Shown here: in pieces, positions 23,601 to 38,600 of the stretch
Layout: each line of letters starts with the position of its first letter
Numbering within the stretch: position 1 is the first letter of the stretch
Source: Pocillopora damicornis
Taxonomy: Eukaryota
Assembly: GCF_003704095.1 (NCBI RefSeq)
Contig: NW_020847248.1
Span: 1,178,001-1,242,000 of the forward strand
Reading direction: 5' to 3'
DNA length: 64,000 bases
Program-made: the position numbers and the translations under genes
Notes under the pieces: model-generated
Told to the model about the DNA's origin: nothing
Seen by the model: only the letters and a program-made list of their open reading frames with translations
Database searches by the model: none

Positions 23601-26600
23601 TCTTTTAGTGTAGTATCTTACCACATCATCTGGGAAAAGCTGCAGAATGAATGTAGTGACGGTAGCAGTAACTCCAACAAAGAGATTAACCACTATCATG
23701 AACACGTACGCGGAGCTGGCTTCGCTGAAATAGAACGCTCCTGGATACATCATGGGAGTAATGGACCATCTGCAACGAAACGTCAAGTGAAAGTTCGGCG
23801 AAAAATAGTTTATAGGAGACAGGAAATGAACTATTTTTAACTACGGTACAACAGGAGGGTGAAACGATAAGGTGGTGGGTGACGGTAACCAAATGGCTTC
23901 CTTTTCAAATCATCAGAATGCACCATAAAACAAAGAGAAAACAATCAGTGATTCATCATCACAGCGCAATTTGAGCGAGCGCCGTAAAACCAAAGCAAAG
24001 ATAAAATTGTCACAACGCCCATTCTGAACGGATTAAAATATCTCAAGACTACCAAAAGCTAAAGAGTATTGGAAGTAAACTCAAACTAACTCCCTGAATC
24101 ATGGGAAAAGGCGGGTGATTAAGTCAATCCGCCATTGGTTTTAGCCCTTAACTCCCCTAAGTGATCACGACAGAATTTCTCCTTACGATATCAATACAAT
24201 ATCAAGCAGACAGGTGATGAGAATAACTAAAAATATCATTTAGAGGATAATTAGTTGATCCAATACCAAATTCTCAAAACTAACATCACAAGAACTGTAT
24301 GGCAGACAGTGAGGAGAATTACTGATGAGATCTTGGGAATTAAAGGGTTAACTTCTATTTTTAACTTGTCAGTGATTAGTGGAGAGGTTAGTGCGAGTTT
24401 TATTGACAAATCACAGATCCAGGTGAAACAAACCAGAGCAATACCGGATTATTTTGACTTTCATTGGGTAACTGTCGACCCGTTTCGTACAAGAGAAACA
24501 GTTTGTGGTCATTCATTAACTCACCCGTAAAGCAGGAAGAGGCAGACAACGGCCGGGAAGTTCGTGTCTGAAGAGTAGGCTGGTACTTTAAACACGTGTA
24601 GGAGAGTGATACAGGCACACGCGGGGATTAGGTAGTTACACTGTGGGAAGAGTCACAGTAACACAGTTTTCGTTTATAATGCAGCTTTAGTTATCAATCT
24701 ACTTGCTACACGTCTTGAATAACCGCGATTGCTGAAGACTTTTTGCTATAGGACGCTTTTCGACTCAGAATCGTAAAAAACCAAAGTAATCACAGTAGCA
24801 AATCAAAACAATCATATAAATCACCAGAAATCACTCAGAACCCCAAAAAGCAAGCGAGAAAGTCGCGATTGACTTAACTTTCGTTTACTCCACTCTAATT
24901 GTCCTAAGCTGAACTCAAACTCAAAAGCGGACAAAGTGTGAGCCAAAGGCAAGAATTTGTCTAAAAGAATGAAAACTCTTTACTTACCAGATCCCAAACG
25001 TAGTTAGAAAGCCAGTAAATGACGGGGTCGACGCCGCTGACAAACTGCAGATGCTTAGCTTTGGAAGCTCTCTCGGTTACAAGAAATACGACAAAACTCG
25101 CCGGTACAAACGACATGGCGATTATCACAAAGATAGCAATCACTAGATCTGTTCCTTGACGCCTGCAAAATAACATAATAGCTCCATCAAAGAACTCTTC
25201 CTAGATGTAATGCAAAACCATCGTAAGAAACCGACCCAGTATTTTGTTTATGTTTCGTAACAGTTCACCGGTACTCATTTATAAACCTCGGGATGGTTGT
25301 TTAAAAGAAGCTCCGCGTTAATTGAGAGTTAAAATTAAAACTTCGTTTTGGTTTTTCGTGAGAGAAGCATATATTCGAGCTGGTTTTTTAATTTTATTTC
25401 ATCTTGCTGTAAGCAAAATTGAAGGAAACAAAATGTGAATGCTAAAATTGTCAGGAAGAGCTACAGAAAAAATTAAATGAAACATGGGTAGCTTAATCAA
25501 GTTTTGAACAACCCGGCTGTGGATATGGAAGCGTCTTACCGAAAAGCACCACATATTGACTCGGCCAGGGTTCGACCCCAGACCTCTCGATTTAAAGCCC
25601 ACAGTGCTAACCCGACGTTAGGCACAGCGTCTCCTACCCTCTTGACAAAGTGGATAAATGAATAATCTGAAAAACTCACATGTATCTGGCTGACAGCTGA
25701 TTGGAATCAGTTTTATTGAAGGGATGGTTAAACACTGTGATACCTGTCAAAGGAAAAAGGAATTTTTGTTAACACAAAAGTAGTAGGAAGCCTTGTTTTC
25801 ATGTCCCGCTTCACTATTATAATGATGATGATAAAGAGCTACCAAATTGAATTAGGGGTAATTTCTTATCATGTGTAAAATTGTCTTCCATTTTTCTTTC
25901 CTATAATTAATAATTGGTCTCCTCTACACCAACGAGAGACGAAACTAAAACTAATCACGACTTAGTTATTTGAGTTCAAGCGCGTTTCAGACGGTTTGCT
26001 TACTATATTTTGAAATATCGTTAGCTCCTCTATAAACTCTCCTTTGTTCCAATTGGCAGTTGTGATTCCTTTGGTGTTGGTTTGAGGAAATTCAATCGAA
26101 ATGTACAACACGAGAATATAAATCAAAACAATTGGATCAAAGAGGGGTTTACAAAAGACGACTTTGAAGATGAGTGTAACACTTAAAAAAAATAAGGAAA
26201 ATTTGGAAACACTGATATGTTACAGAGGGAAATCTGCACAGTGATTCACAAATGAAATTAAACAGGGACAACTTCTTAGGAAACGACCTATAAAAAGCAG
26301 CTGTTAACATCGCTGTGTCTACGTACCATAGGCTGCAGGATTCCCCTTCTCCTTTGCCAGAGAGGCTCGCAGAATGGCATTGTTCATAACATTCAAGTAC
26401 GTTGGCATGGCATGGTAGCCCTTGTTATTGTACCACGCCTACAGAAGTAAGAAGCAAGCCGGGTGAGTATGCATGCAAGTCTATATGAAGACAAACAAAC
26501 AAATAAATATACAAACCTTGACAGCTTCTCTGACAGCTAATCGTCTAACAGAGGCTATTTTAACTTTGTCCAACTTCTGAGGCACGAAACTCACAACTTC

Positions 26601-29600
26601 ACCGAAGGACAGCGCACCATATCTATGGTACGGAAAGATAAAAACGCCATCACGTCAAAGAACTAAAAATTGGGAACGTTTACCCCAGACGCCCAAATGC
26701 TATACTATAAAATACCGCTTAAAATCCCCATCTAATTGTTACCGACACGTTTGCTCCTCTAAAAGAAAACCCTACCCCCCCCTCCCCCGCCCATTCCACT
26801 CTCAACAGCTTACACCTTCGCAGCTAAAAATCTCCGGTTACACCAATCAAAATGATATCCCTTCATAGGCATCTCCTCCCCCGCCCGTAAGCTTCATTCC
26901 CTAGGACCCGTCAAGAGACCAGAAGATCCAAATAAACATAGTTCAATTACATTGTTTACGATCATTACCTGTGAAGCCTAAAAGTCTTCGTGGTATACAG
27001 GAGATATTTTGAAATATTTCTCCCCGTGATGTTCTGTAATGTATCCAATGTAATGGTGACCAGTTCCTTAGGATGTCGCCCGGCCGCTCCCCGGTCGCAC
27101 ACATACGCCGTCCTGTTAGCGGAGCACCGGCACCCCCTGCCCGTGTCCTTGTGAGTAACTGCATGGGACACATTAGATCCGTTTGTGTAAATGAACCCCA
27201 GGTTAAGGTTGGACGGTTTGAAATAATCATCAGAAACTTCGTCTATCGAGACCGAACACGAATGATTGAACAATTGGGCTAAGTTCTCCTTTGAAGGTTT
27301 AGAGTCTGTGGTAGTTAGATTGATTGAACGCAGACAACAAGTCGCTCCCACCCCAGAGAGGAGAGTCAGTGTTTTGTCCAGTCGCGACGCCAAGCGGTTC
27401 ACTCCCTTAGCCTCGTTTGCAAACGGGATGTAGTTAGGCCGCGGGAACATGGATGGAGTTAATTCCAATGGAGGTTGATCCGGGGACTTGGGAAACGAAA
27501 GGGCCATAACCATAGCAATAGAGATAAAAATGGCAGGTAAAAGGATTTGAGAGATGACTCCTTTGAAGTTTCGACGTGCATGGTGGAAACGTTTTATCAA
27601 CAGCGCGTAGAACTGCTGCAGTTTTAGAGGAGCACCAGTGAGTGTGCGAGAACCAACACCTTGGAATGCTGCATTAAACGGCGTCTGATCAGCTGGGAGG
27701 AAAAAGCGTATAGGCCTGAGAAATCGTATATTCCCACGTTCGAAAGCGTTCCGAAAAATTGGTTAAATGTATTACGTCGAATTATACTAAGTCAAGTAAT
27801 TTTTCACGAAGAATATATTTAAAAACCCAACAAGGATTTCTTTTATCTCTTTTTCTTAATTTTTCGCTTAATATTTCTTCTTGCATGACAACTGCAGTCA
27901 AACGTGAAAATATGTAAACAAACTTTTTTTTGTACAAACATGGTTTCCAAAGCTAAATGAAAGATCCTTAATCATTCACGATCTACGTACAATCTCGACT
28001 CCTAAAAGCCAATCTGCACTTGCTCCGGCTAAATAGGTTTGAATGTGTACTTACCATATTGATAGCCGGCCTCTTCCTGGATCTCTGGGCTTAACAGTTG
28101 TTCTCTCGCATTGTATCGAACCTCCGAAAAGTCGCCGAGTTCAATCTCTCCTTCCCTTGGTAAATCTTCCTCCCACTCGTCACCTGGTCCAGAGGGATCG
28201 CCGCTGAGCATAGTGCTCGAAGACTCAGCATGGTTTGAGGAGTTTTCAATGATGGAAGAATTGAGTTCTTCTGTCAGGCGCAAAATAAAGTGTTAAAAGA
28301 TTTGTGCCGGTTTGGACGCCTGGATGTTTCATTAGCCTTAAGAAATTTTAACTAACAATTGATTTCTAAAAGTACGAGGTGACCCTCAGGGCTGTCACTA
28401 ACTATTCAAGTGGGCGGGAGAATGAAAAAGGTAGCCAAGGTCTGAAATTTTTCAGGTTTCAAACTGCTCACGTCAGGAGAGGGGAGGTTCAGTGGGGAGG
28501 TTTACGGAGAGGCACTGATTTTTTTTTTTTTTTTTTTAAATTTTCATGCCACTACTGTTCCTTTTCTTCCACGCAATGAACAAAATTATGAAAGGTTTTA
28601 GACAATGATACCCTGGAGTATTACTTCTCTCTCTGGGTTGGATATCGCTTTCTATCCCGAGCAGTCCTACGGTATTTTTGAAAGGTTAGTCAAGTTAGTA
28701 TGCATTATACTCACAGCTTAACAGTGTAAAACAAAACAACAATAGAGACTGAACTTCAGTGACATTAAAAGTATGAACACAACGATGATTCAACTCCTCG
28801 TTCACGCGAGCCTCGAACGGCTTTCATTAAACTCTTTCAGTCTGATGAAACATTATTATTTACAACACTGTTAAATATTTGCATTTTTGATGAATACGAT
28901 AAATCTTATTTTTCCTTTGCCTCCCCTAATTGTAAAGTGTACAACATCAACGGTAAATTTGGCGGATGTTGGTGTCCGCTATAGAGGCAGTTCTTCGTAA
29001 ATCAATAAGGTTGACAAACCTGATTCATCTCGAGATGAAACGTCGGTTACCTTCAGGAAAACCTACAACAAAAAATAACATTATCAATAAAGGAGGAGAA
29101 AGCTTTGTCTTCGAACTTAGACTACGAGAAGTTCCCCTCTCCCAGCGTACCCCGTCGCACCATCCAAAAGAAACTGATAGGCTGAGAGTTTCGCGCGATT
29201 AATCCGAACCAGAAGTAGAAAGTTGCTTGAACAAATAGTAGTTTAAAGCTACTTATTAAGGTATCTGAAAGTTTTGCTCCATTGCAAGTTCGTCCCCTAC
29301 CTTCTTTTCCGGTTCGCCCTCAGAAAAAAACGACATCACCCCCACCAGTTCGCCCCAAGTGTTTCGACTCGTTCTTTATGACAGAACATATTCCTTTACT
29401 GTCGAAATCATAACATTTTGATTAACATGCATTTCTTTTTTTCAGTGTCAAACGCTAGTCCACGAAGGCACGCTAAAATGGGGGCGAACTTGTTTTACCG
29501 TAGGGGGGACATTTAATGGGGCGGAACCTCCATAAACCTCATTTTAACTTACAGAACAAATTTACCAAACTTTTTTTTTCTAGAAATACCTCCTCCAGTG

Positions 29601-32600
29601 CGGTGTCAGTGAGTCCAAAACTATCAATCCCCAGCTCAGATTGTTTCTTCTCCAAATCACTAAAGAAAATTTCAAATCCTCCCCGTTTGACGGAGTTGTC
29701 AGGCAGGATAAACGTGAGTTCCTGTTGAGTTTTCTGTTCTAGCCTGGCTGCTGGCACGTGAGATTTGATGAAATTTGTAACCTTTTTCGCATGGTCTTCA
29801 TCACTGCTCAGATGATCTGCGTATCACAGAGATTCCAAAGATCAGTGTCGGGATAAATTTTGCTTCGGTAAATACAATTTGGGCGGCTGGAATTATGTAA
29901 TGGTAAGCTCGCCTACCTTATAACGATGAGTTCCGAATTCGAATGTTACACTTACCAGAATGAAGTGTGCTATTGCTTGATCTCGTTTCGCTCGTTTCCA
30001 GTCCCTGGCTAGATTCCGCGGGTGTCATATGAACATTCACTATGGACCCCTGAGGAGTTCTGTCGCGCTTCTTCACCAGAGTAAGATGGTAACCATCTCC
30101 AAAGTGACTTTTCAAGAAAAGTGGCGAGCCTACACAGCGGAGCTTGCCGTTTGAAATGATGGCGATACGGTCTCCTAACAAGTCTGCCTCGTCCATAAAG
30201 TGCGTGGAGAGTAAGATAGTTCGACCTGGAAAAAACCACGCTCATTTTCTAAGTCTCTTGAATTAACGAGTTTGAGTCTTGTAAAAAGGCAATACATCTA
30301 TTGCTATTTTTAAACACGAGTGATGTAGGCTCAAGGGAATAATGTTAAGAGTATCCTGCATGGTGCGTGAATGTTTAGCAGTGAATAACTGAATATATGG
30401 GCTCGGAATGACCAAATACGCTAAATTCTCGGAACAGGATTGTTTAATTCTAGATCCTCTCGGGATGAATGAAAAGGTGAGGTGATGTAAGAATAACTTG
30501 TAAAGGATAACCGCGAGGGAAAGGTGCACTTAAGGGATGCCCGTCTCTTAGCTTAATCCTTTCTAAACTCAGTACTGTATAAGATTTGGAAAGTAGACAA
30601 CTTCCAGACCAGAAGAGCGTTCGACTATCCCTCTTAACAGAAACCTTCGAATCAACCTGTAATGCCTATAAGAAGAAATCGAAGGCTGTGACAACATAAC
30701 AATTTCATAAAAGCCCTAAGAACTGTGTACTTTGTCCAGTGGCACGCAGCGAAACTCTAACCAAGGTCAGTTAGTTCAGAATGGATTGAGGTCTCCGATG
30801 CAACCTTCCATCGATTTGACCTGAACTGATTTGTCAATCTTAGCCATTATTTAAATTTTCTTACCTCTCTTGTACTTAATCAAAAGGTCCCATATGGCCC
30901 TCCTGGCGTAAGGATCTACACCAGCAGTGGGCTCATCTAAGATAATAGTTCTTGACCCAGCCGCAAAGGCCATGGCCACAGAGAGCTTTCTCTTCATGCC
31001 TCCACTCAGGGTTTCTACGGCGCAGTGGCGTTTCTTGGGTAGCCCTACGTCCATGACAAGCCTGTTAAAGTAAGGTAAAGGTACAGTAAGCAAACGGGCC
31101 GATGAGTTAATTGAGCCGGAGCTTCTCCCAGGTTTCATGACATAGATTCGTAGAGTATCTCTACTCTTCTACCCAACTCTTCCAAATTACTGAAATGTTT
31201 GTGCACCATACATCAGGCTCCCCTGACAGTTCAGCGTCACCCATTTACACTCCTGAGTGGAGAGAAGCTCTGTGAGGGTAGTGTCTGGGCTCCAAACACA
31301 GCAAGATACCTTAGAGGACAGTCGATCCCAGACCTCAGCTTTCTCGTTACAAACGAAGAAGGGTGTAATAGAACTAGCGGTTAAAGAGGCAATAACTACA
31401 AGCCAAACAAAACAAGAAGACAAACATTACAGCTGTAGGAAGAGGAAAATGTACAGAGGTTTTGAGGACCCGTCACACTTGACATAATTGTTACTACGAG
31501 AGGCACATAATTTTAGAAAATGTAGTGCGAGAAAACTTTAACAGAAATCCTCTGTAGGAAATAAGTGTTAAAAATTGATCTAAACCTCTTCATTTCTCTA
31601 AACTTCAAACTGTTTGTTACTCATTATAATGTGTCACAGTTACTTACAACAGACGAAATAATATACTTCCTGATTAATATCTCGTTTGATTCATCTATCA
31701 GTAAATTACAACTAAGGAATTTCTGTACTTACTGATCCATCTCCCGTTGGACATCTTGCTCTGGCATTCCTTTAAGTCTTGCATAGAACCATAAATGCTC
31801 ATCTACTGTCATCCTGAACATCCAGAATCAAAAACAAAAACGGAAACTCTGAATACCATTTCCAATTCGACGATAGCCTGTGGCAATTCTGACTATTGAG
31901 TCAACAGTATAAGTTGCGTCTGGGGGCGTGGAACTCAATCAATAAATGAGCACTGCAATAATTTGTACCAATATATAGAAGAAGTTTTCAAACTGAAATT
32001 TCTTATTCTTCGTCCCAACAATTTGACCTGCACCCATACGGCTTACGCAACTATTTTTTATCACTCTATGAGGTGAAAAAAGAAGACAGAACATTGCCTA
32101 TATTTACACCTGGCTCTACCAGGACCAGCAAAGTAAATAAATACAGACAGAAATTCTGCTTTTTAATTGAGCGGGAAATACTGAAGTGCACAACCCACAA
32201 GAAACCCGTGTTGTTCTTCAATTCACCGTTTAAAAATTGTACACTCAATTCTTACAAATCAGCGACTGAGTTAAAAGTTGGCCTTTCACTAACCTGTCAA
32301 ATAAAACATTGTGCTGCGGACACATTCCCAGGCTCCGCCGGATCTTATCCATGTCATTCCTGATGTCACAGCCATAGATGTATGCAGTGCCAGCAGTGGG
32401 CGGGAACAGACCTGTCAAGATTGACATGGTTGTTGTTTTCCCAGCTCCGTTGTGGCCGAGGAAAGAAGTGATTTGTCCCTCATAAAGATTAAGCGTTAGT
32501 CCGTCAACCGCTAGCTTTTTGCCTTCTTTGTAAACCTGTCAACGAATTTGAATTAATGGCAACGTTACAAAAACAGGAATATCAGCAATTACGAGGATTG

Positions 32601-35600
32601 AATTCTTGGTTTACTCGTGATGAACTTAACATCGAACGGACTATCGTACTACGATTTCATTCCCAGGGGGCTAATGACCTCTTACAAATTTATCTTTGGG
32701 CTTTTTTTAAGGTCGTTAACATCTAAACCCCGTAACAAGGCGGGCAAGAGCGCTGTCACCTTTGCCATCCAGAACTCCAAGAAGTCGAAACTTTACAAAA
32801 TGTGTCTAAGTGAGTATGTGCTGGTTCACAGTGCAAACTAGCAAATATTAGCAAGCGACTACATCTACCTTTAACAAAGGAATTGGCAAAAGCAAATAAG
32901 AAAAGACAAGACCATATTTTACATACCTTAACAAGGTTTTCTATTGTGACACCCAGTGATAGGTGGATAGGTTCTCTCTCATACGCCAACAGTCCATCTG
33001 CCTGAGGCGCATCCTCCAGCTCATCCGATGTCATCATTTGAAATGTTCGACGGCTCATCTTAGGACAGGACTGCGTGTTGTGGCCGAACCAGTACGAAGG
33101 CTGAAAGACAAAATACCAGGGCCGCGGAAGGCCGTAGGAGCCTGGGTGAACAGCCTCTATGTACCACACCATAATAGCGTAGATTACAGCGTCCATCAAC
33201 ATGCAGTACAAAACTGTCAGCAGGTTGAAATCATCTCCTTTGATCTGGGGTCAAAAACGGTGGAGATCGACATTATTTTCAAAGTCAGAATAGCTAGGGT
33301 TTATTTTATAAATCAATATTGTGTAAATATTAAGAACAAAGGTATTGAAGATTGTCCTGCGAGAGGAAAGTTAGTAGAAGAGCTCAGTCATGAAAAAAGA
33401 AAAAAAATGGAAATTAATCCCTTATTCTTTAAAGTGACGTATAAATTGCACTGCATCTAGAGCTATCCCTTTAAGTACAGAACGTCTTGTTTTAAAAGAG
33501 TTTCGTCCATCTGCGACTTCATTCCCACGCATGGATCAGAATTAATGTGCGACTTTGGAAGTGGAATGCAAATTTATCAAATGCAGCGGTATCTTCGACT
33601 TGAGGTTAAGAATATTGTTGAAAATTAATGCATAGTAGCCTCCAATACGAAACAGTTCTAAATGAGCGTTACCAGACTGAAAGACGAACGCCCTGGGACA
33701 CTTTGTGGTGAAGAAGCCATCAAAATTAGTAAATCCTGAATTAAATAAATTATGTTATGTAATAAATAAGAAACCTGATCCTAGTTAAATTATTTCACGT
33801 AAAACAAACAGGTGTACAGGACTCTTTCCTAAGCTATGATTTGTAAAATATACGGGGATCTTTCCTGCGCTTTGTTATATAATACATACGGGACTCTTTC
33901 CTAGATTGGACCACTGCACCCCGACGCCTTCCTCTTCGTATATGGCAAAGTACCTCGCTCCCAATCCGAAAGCGGAAGTGGAGAGCAAACTAGCAGCCAT
34001 TTTCTCTTTGCCAGACACGTTCACAAAACCAGCCTCTTCTCGGATGGAAATAAACACAAAAGGAAGGTAGGTCAAGAAATATATTATCCCGCCGCAGGCA
34101 GACGCTAACTTCGCTTTGGAGAAAAACACTGAGATGAGAAAGCAGAATATAATGGTCACCACGGCAAACGTCATGAGGAACAACCAGATAATAACAGGAT
34201 CGCTGTAGTACAACACCTTGCCGTACTGTGGACATAACAACAAGACTACACGTTAGTATATCTATGGAAATGACTTCATTTAATCCAAGAGGTAACTGGG
34301 GTATGCAAATTTCCCGACTGGTTAAACGCAATAATAACTTCTTCATATCCACTCTTTCGTTCTCCTCCTTCCTTTCATCCAGCCCCCCCCCCCCCCCCCC
34401 CCCCCCCCCCAACCCATTACTACGAGGCATGTAATAAGAGAAGCCACTCTTTAGATCATCAGGTCAAAGCCGACCGCTACATTATAGAGAAAATTTCGAT
34501 AAAGTATTGTCAAACTAAAACAACAGTAATCACGACGACCAATAAAAACAAAGGAGTAAATCGAAATTAGCTAAATGACAACCAAGAATCGAAACAAGTA
34601 AACTGTAAACTGATTTGTGCGCGGAACAACGCAAGTTCCCAAGCTACGATTGTGTTTTCCTGTAAAATCTGGAAATCAGTGTTCCATGCAAAGGGAAAAT
34701 CTAAAAGGACGGTATGTAAAGCCACTTACCTTAAGGATTATAACCAGAAGGCCCACAGTAATGGACATGACACAGAGTGAGGTGATAAACCACGCCACCC
34801 AGTGCACAGCATTAGACAGACCCATCATCTTCATGACTTCCTTCAGACGCTGTTCTTTTTCGTACACAATGGCTTGTACAGCCAGAGCTACGGTGTAAAT
34901 CCACGACACTGTCATGCACAGAGGCATCATGTGCTCGATGATGAACATAAAACTGGAGAAGAAAAAGCAAACAACAAAATTTGATAGAGAGTTTGTCATG
35001 ATTTGTAATTTAAGAGAAATCTTAAACAACTGTGGGACACACTTTTTCATTTTTTCTATGTCAGTTCTAATGCAAAAACAACTGTAACGGCATCTAAATT
35101 CTGTACGAAAGATGGTGAATTGTGAGCTTGGTTGTGAAAAGAAGACAATTTTTTTTCTTTGTCTTGTCACGAGTGTGGGAGAAAGAAAAAGTTCTGAGTA
35201 CCCATAAGGAATCGAACCTCAGACCTTCGGATTCCGCGCTAGGTCGCTCTACCACTGAGCCTGCAAACTTTATGGATCGTATGTGACACGCTAATCGCAT
35301 ACTGCTAGGATCAGCGAAGTCGAAAGCCTCGCACGAGTTTAGCCCAGTACCTTATGGAGACTCAGAATAATTTCTTTGTCCTCACGCTCGTGACAAGATA
35401 AATTCTTACTTGTCTTTCACATAGCACGGATACGGCATCTCGTGGAGGTAGACAGCTGGTTTGATGACTTCTCGCCCAGCATGCAAATCAACAATAGCCC
35501 TCTCAATCTGGTCCTGAAGCCAGGTAAATCCTAAGTCATAGTAACGCTGATTCCAACTCTGGGGCCCCGGCATCCAGTAGCGATCACGGATGCTGTCGGT

Positions 35601-38600
35601 CGCGGGCGTGAAATAGGAAGCATTCATCCGAATCTTATATTTAACGTGAGGAGGCAGGCTGACATTCACCTTTATGTTCATGAACACGATTCCTGGAAGA
35701 GGTAAGATGGTTTAAAACTTCTTATCTAACTGTGCAAGTGCTTAACCCTTCATATCATAATATCAGTATGCACATTCTCCCTACAGTTCTCTTTGCATTT
35801 CCCAAAGTGCTAACAAGGAGAATTTGTTGAAAAATCAAAAGCTTCTTTAGCTGATGATCATTTCCTCTATTCTTGTTAACCTTAGTGTGCCATTCGGGTG
35901 TGAAATTGTAAGAAGAAATTAGACACTAGGCGCCAAAAGGTTTAAGGCCAAGATAAGACAAATTATCAGAATCGAAATAGGTTTCGTTTTTTCTTATAGT
36001 ATTTTAAGTTAGTCTTTAAAATAAAAACGGGTGGGCCTACTAACCTGCAACGACTTTAGAAGTGTCTCCATTCTTAGAGCCATTGATATTTAGGGCAAAA
36101 TTCAGCAGAGATCTCTCATCTTTAAAACCTTTGAAGATATTTAGGTTGAGGTGTGAAGCCATTTCCAACCACAAGCGAGCCACACTATCAATCATGTCCA
36201 GTTGGGTAATTAATGGGTTAGTGTTATCGCAACTGCGGGTTAGGAGCTCATCAAGTCCTTCGTATTGTCTGAAAAGTCAGATACAAGTGAGAATAAAAAG
36301 AGATTTAGAACGACGTTTATGATAACGGAAAAGGGCAGAACCGAGTTTTTCTAGTGTTAGTAGTGCTATGAATATCATTCATTGCGACACAATTTTTGGA
36401 AGGCCTCTTTAATCACCTGAAGTTTTCGCTAGGTTTGTGCCCAGTTAGGTTGTAAGCCTCGTTGTTATATCGATGCAGACATTTATGTTTATTGTTCAGC
36501 AGAAGTCCAAGGTAGTACTGTGAGTCATTTTGCCGTAACACGCCACGGATCCTCTTTGAAGTGTTCAACCATTCCTCGGCGAGATGTATCAGTTTTTCAA
36601 TGTCTGAAAATGTTCTGTTTGCCTGTGAAGGTTACAAAACCAAAAAAAACACTTCCATAAGATTTCAAGAAGTATCCACCAGATAACGATTTATCCACTG
36701 AATAACGTTATTCACCTTTCCAACAACAATAGCGTGGGTAAACAGAGGAACTGCCAGCGAGAGTTTAGGGGATTATCCAAGAAAAATGCGACAAATAACA
36801 TCCCTCTGTCATTAACCTCGAGCTGGACGCTGGATCTTTCAATCCGGAGCAACGCGCCGATCATTAGGGTATCGTCTCCCTCAAACGATAGAACCTGAAA
36901 AATCCTGCGTTACCTAACTTACCGTGCAAAACAACAAATAGTCTGCGAGCAAGCCCTCATACGCGTTGCTTTAACCCTTTCCACCCAAACATTAGCATAC
37001 TGTTCTTTATCCATTCCTATGATTCTTACAAGGAGAATTTGCCTAACAATCAAGAGTTTCTTGAACTTGCAATCATAACCTTTTTTCCTCATGGCCTTAA
37101 TGTTTGAATCAGGGATGACCCTACTCAGAGAAACTAAGAGATGCTTGTCACTCTTATGGGTTACAGGGTTATGAGTATCCTCACGAGCAGAGCTTACGAG
37201 AGCTTGCGCGCAGGCTAAACAGCAAAAGGCTTATATTGAGTCAAGTCACCTTTTTGATGATTTCATCAGCAGCTGTACCATTGGGGGAGTAGGCTATTTT
37301 CGGATTGTGAAGTAAGAGGTACAGCATAAGACGCATGGCTCGGGTTTTGCAAGCCTTGGTGCGGCAGCGGTAATCATACATGTGATCTATCACTTTCTTT
37401 TTGGGTTGTGCATCCGGGTCTGGGCCGCAAATGATTGGGCCGAGATTCTTCCACATCTCACGTAGGTAAATTTTGTTTCTCTCCCACTTGGTCTTGTTTT
37501 GGAGGTGATTTGTGAAGGAGAGATTGACACGCAACAACTGCGCAAGCTCCACTCCCTCTTGTACCAGGTGCACAAACTCAGTCAAATTCTTCAGCTGAAA
37601 GTTGAACACACAGTGATAAAGAATAAATGTTCCCATGCAGGACAACTTAAGTGCTGAATAACGAGCTCTGCAAATAAGTAAAGCTCTGCAAAGTTTTGGG
37701 TTTTGCACAGAGGGGTGTAACTCGTACAAAAAATAAACTAAGAGAAATGCTACCAAGGGAAAAATCTAACACAATGTCTCAATCCATTTGCTCTCAAAAA
37801 TCATTCCAAGTGTGATATTCTCTGACATCTTTCTGATCTATCAAGCAGAGACAAAGAATTGGCTCTAACTTCAAGGAACACCCTAAGGACCACCCTAACC
37901 GCCCAAGGAACACCCCAACCAACGACTTAAAACTTCAGGCCACAGAATGAATTAATGACTATAAAAGCGATCTCCACGGTAATGAACAATACTTAAGCAG
38001 TGGTGAAAATAACGCCTAAAAAAAAATTTACTACTGCTTATTAAATAAGTAGTGTTCATTAATTCACATTCATTTCTTAAACCGCGGTTGTAAATGATTT
38101 TCATATATTCGCAGTCATAGAAGAATTAACGTGTTTAAAAAGTAACTCCTTTCAAACTTATAGTGTTCTAAGTACTTCTTCAGGTAAAGTAACATAACTA
38201 TAAAGAAAAACCTTACATCTCCTCGCAGTTTTGTGTATGATTTGTTGTAATCCTTCAAGTCTTCACGGGTTACGTTCAGCTAAAAGGAAAACCATTTACA
38301 TTCACATTATAATTGCTCTGGTATAAATTGTACAATATTGATTTCACTGTTCATCAATAAAGTTTCATTTAATTGACTAAATGAGCAATTTATTCAACTT
38401 GTTGATGTAAAACACTTATTAAATTATAATATGACAATAATAATAACAACAATATTATAATAATGATGTTGTTAGTAATGATAATAATGATGGAGATGAC
38501 CATGATGATGATGATGATAATAATCATAATAATATAACAATAATAATAATAATAATAATAACAGTACAACATCATCATCGATGTGCTTGGGGGCGTATCA

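Noticed and set aside
32963-33460. 165-aa plus-strand ORF and other ORFs antisense to ABCA2 exons
   Set aside because: Antisense shadows of coding exons with no recognisable motifs or independent splice structure.
35200-35262. tRNA gene
   Set aside because: Has A/B boxes but no clean acceptor stem or terminator and is embedded in a dispersed repeat; treated as SINE-like.
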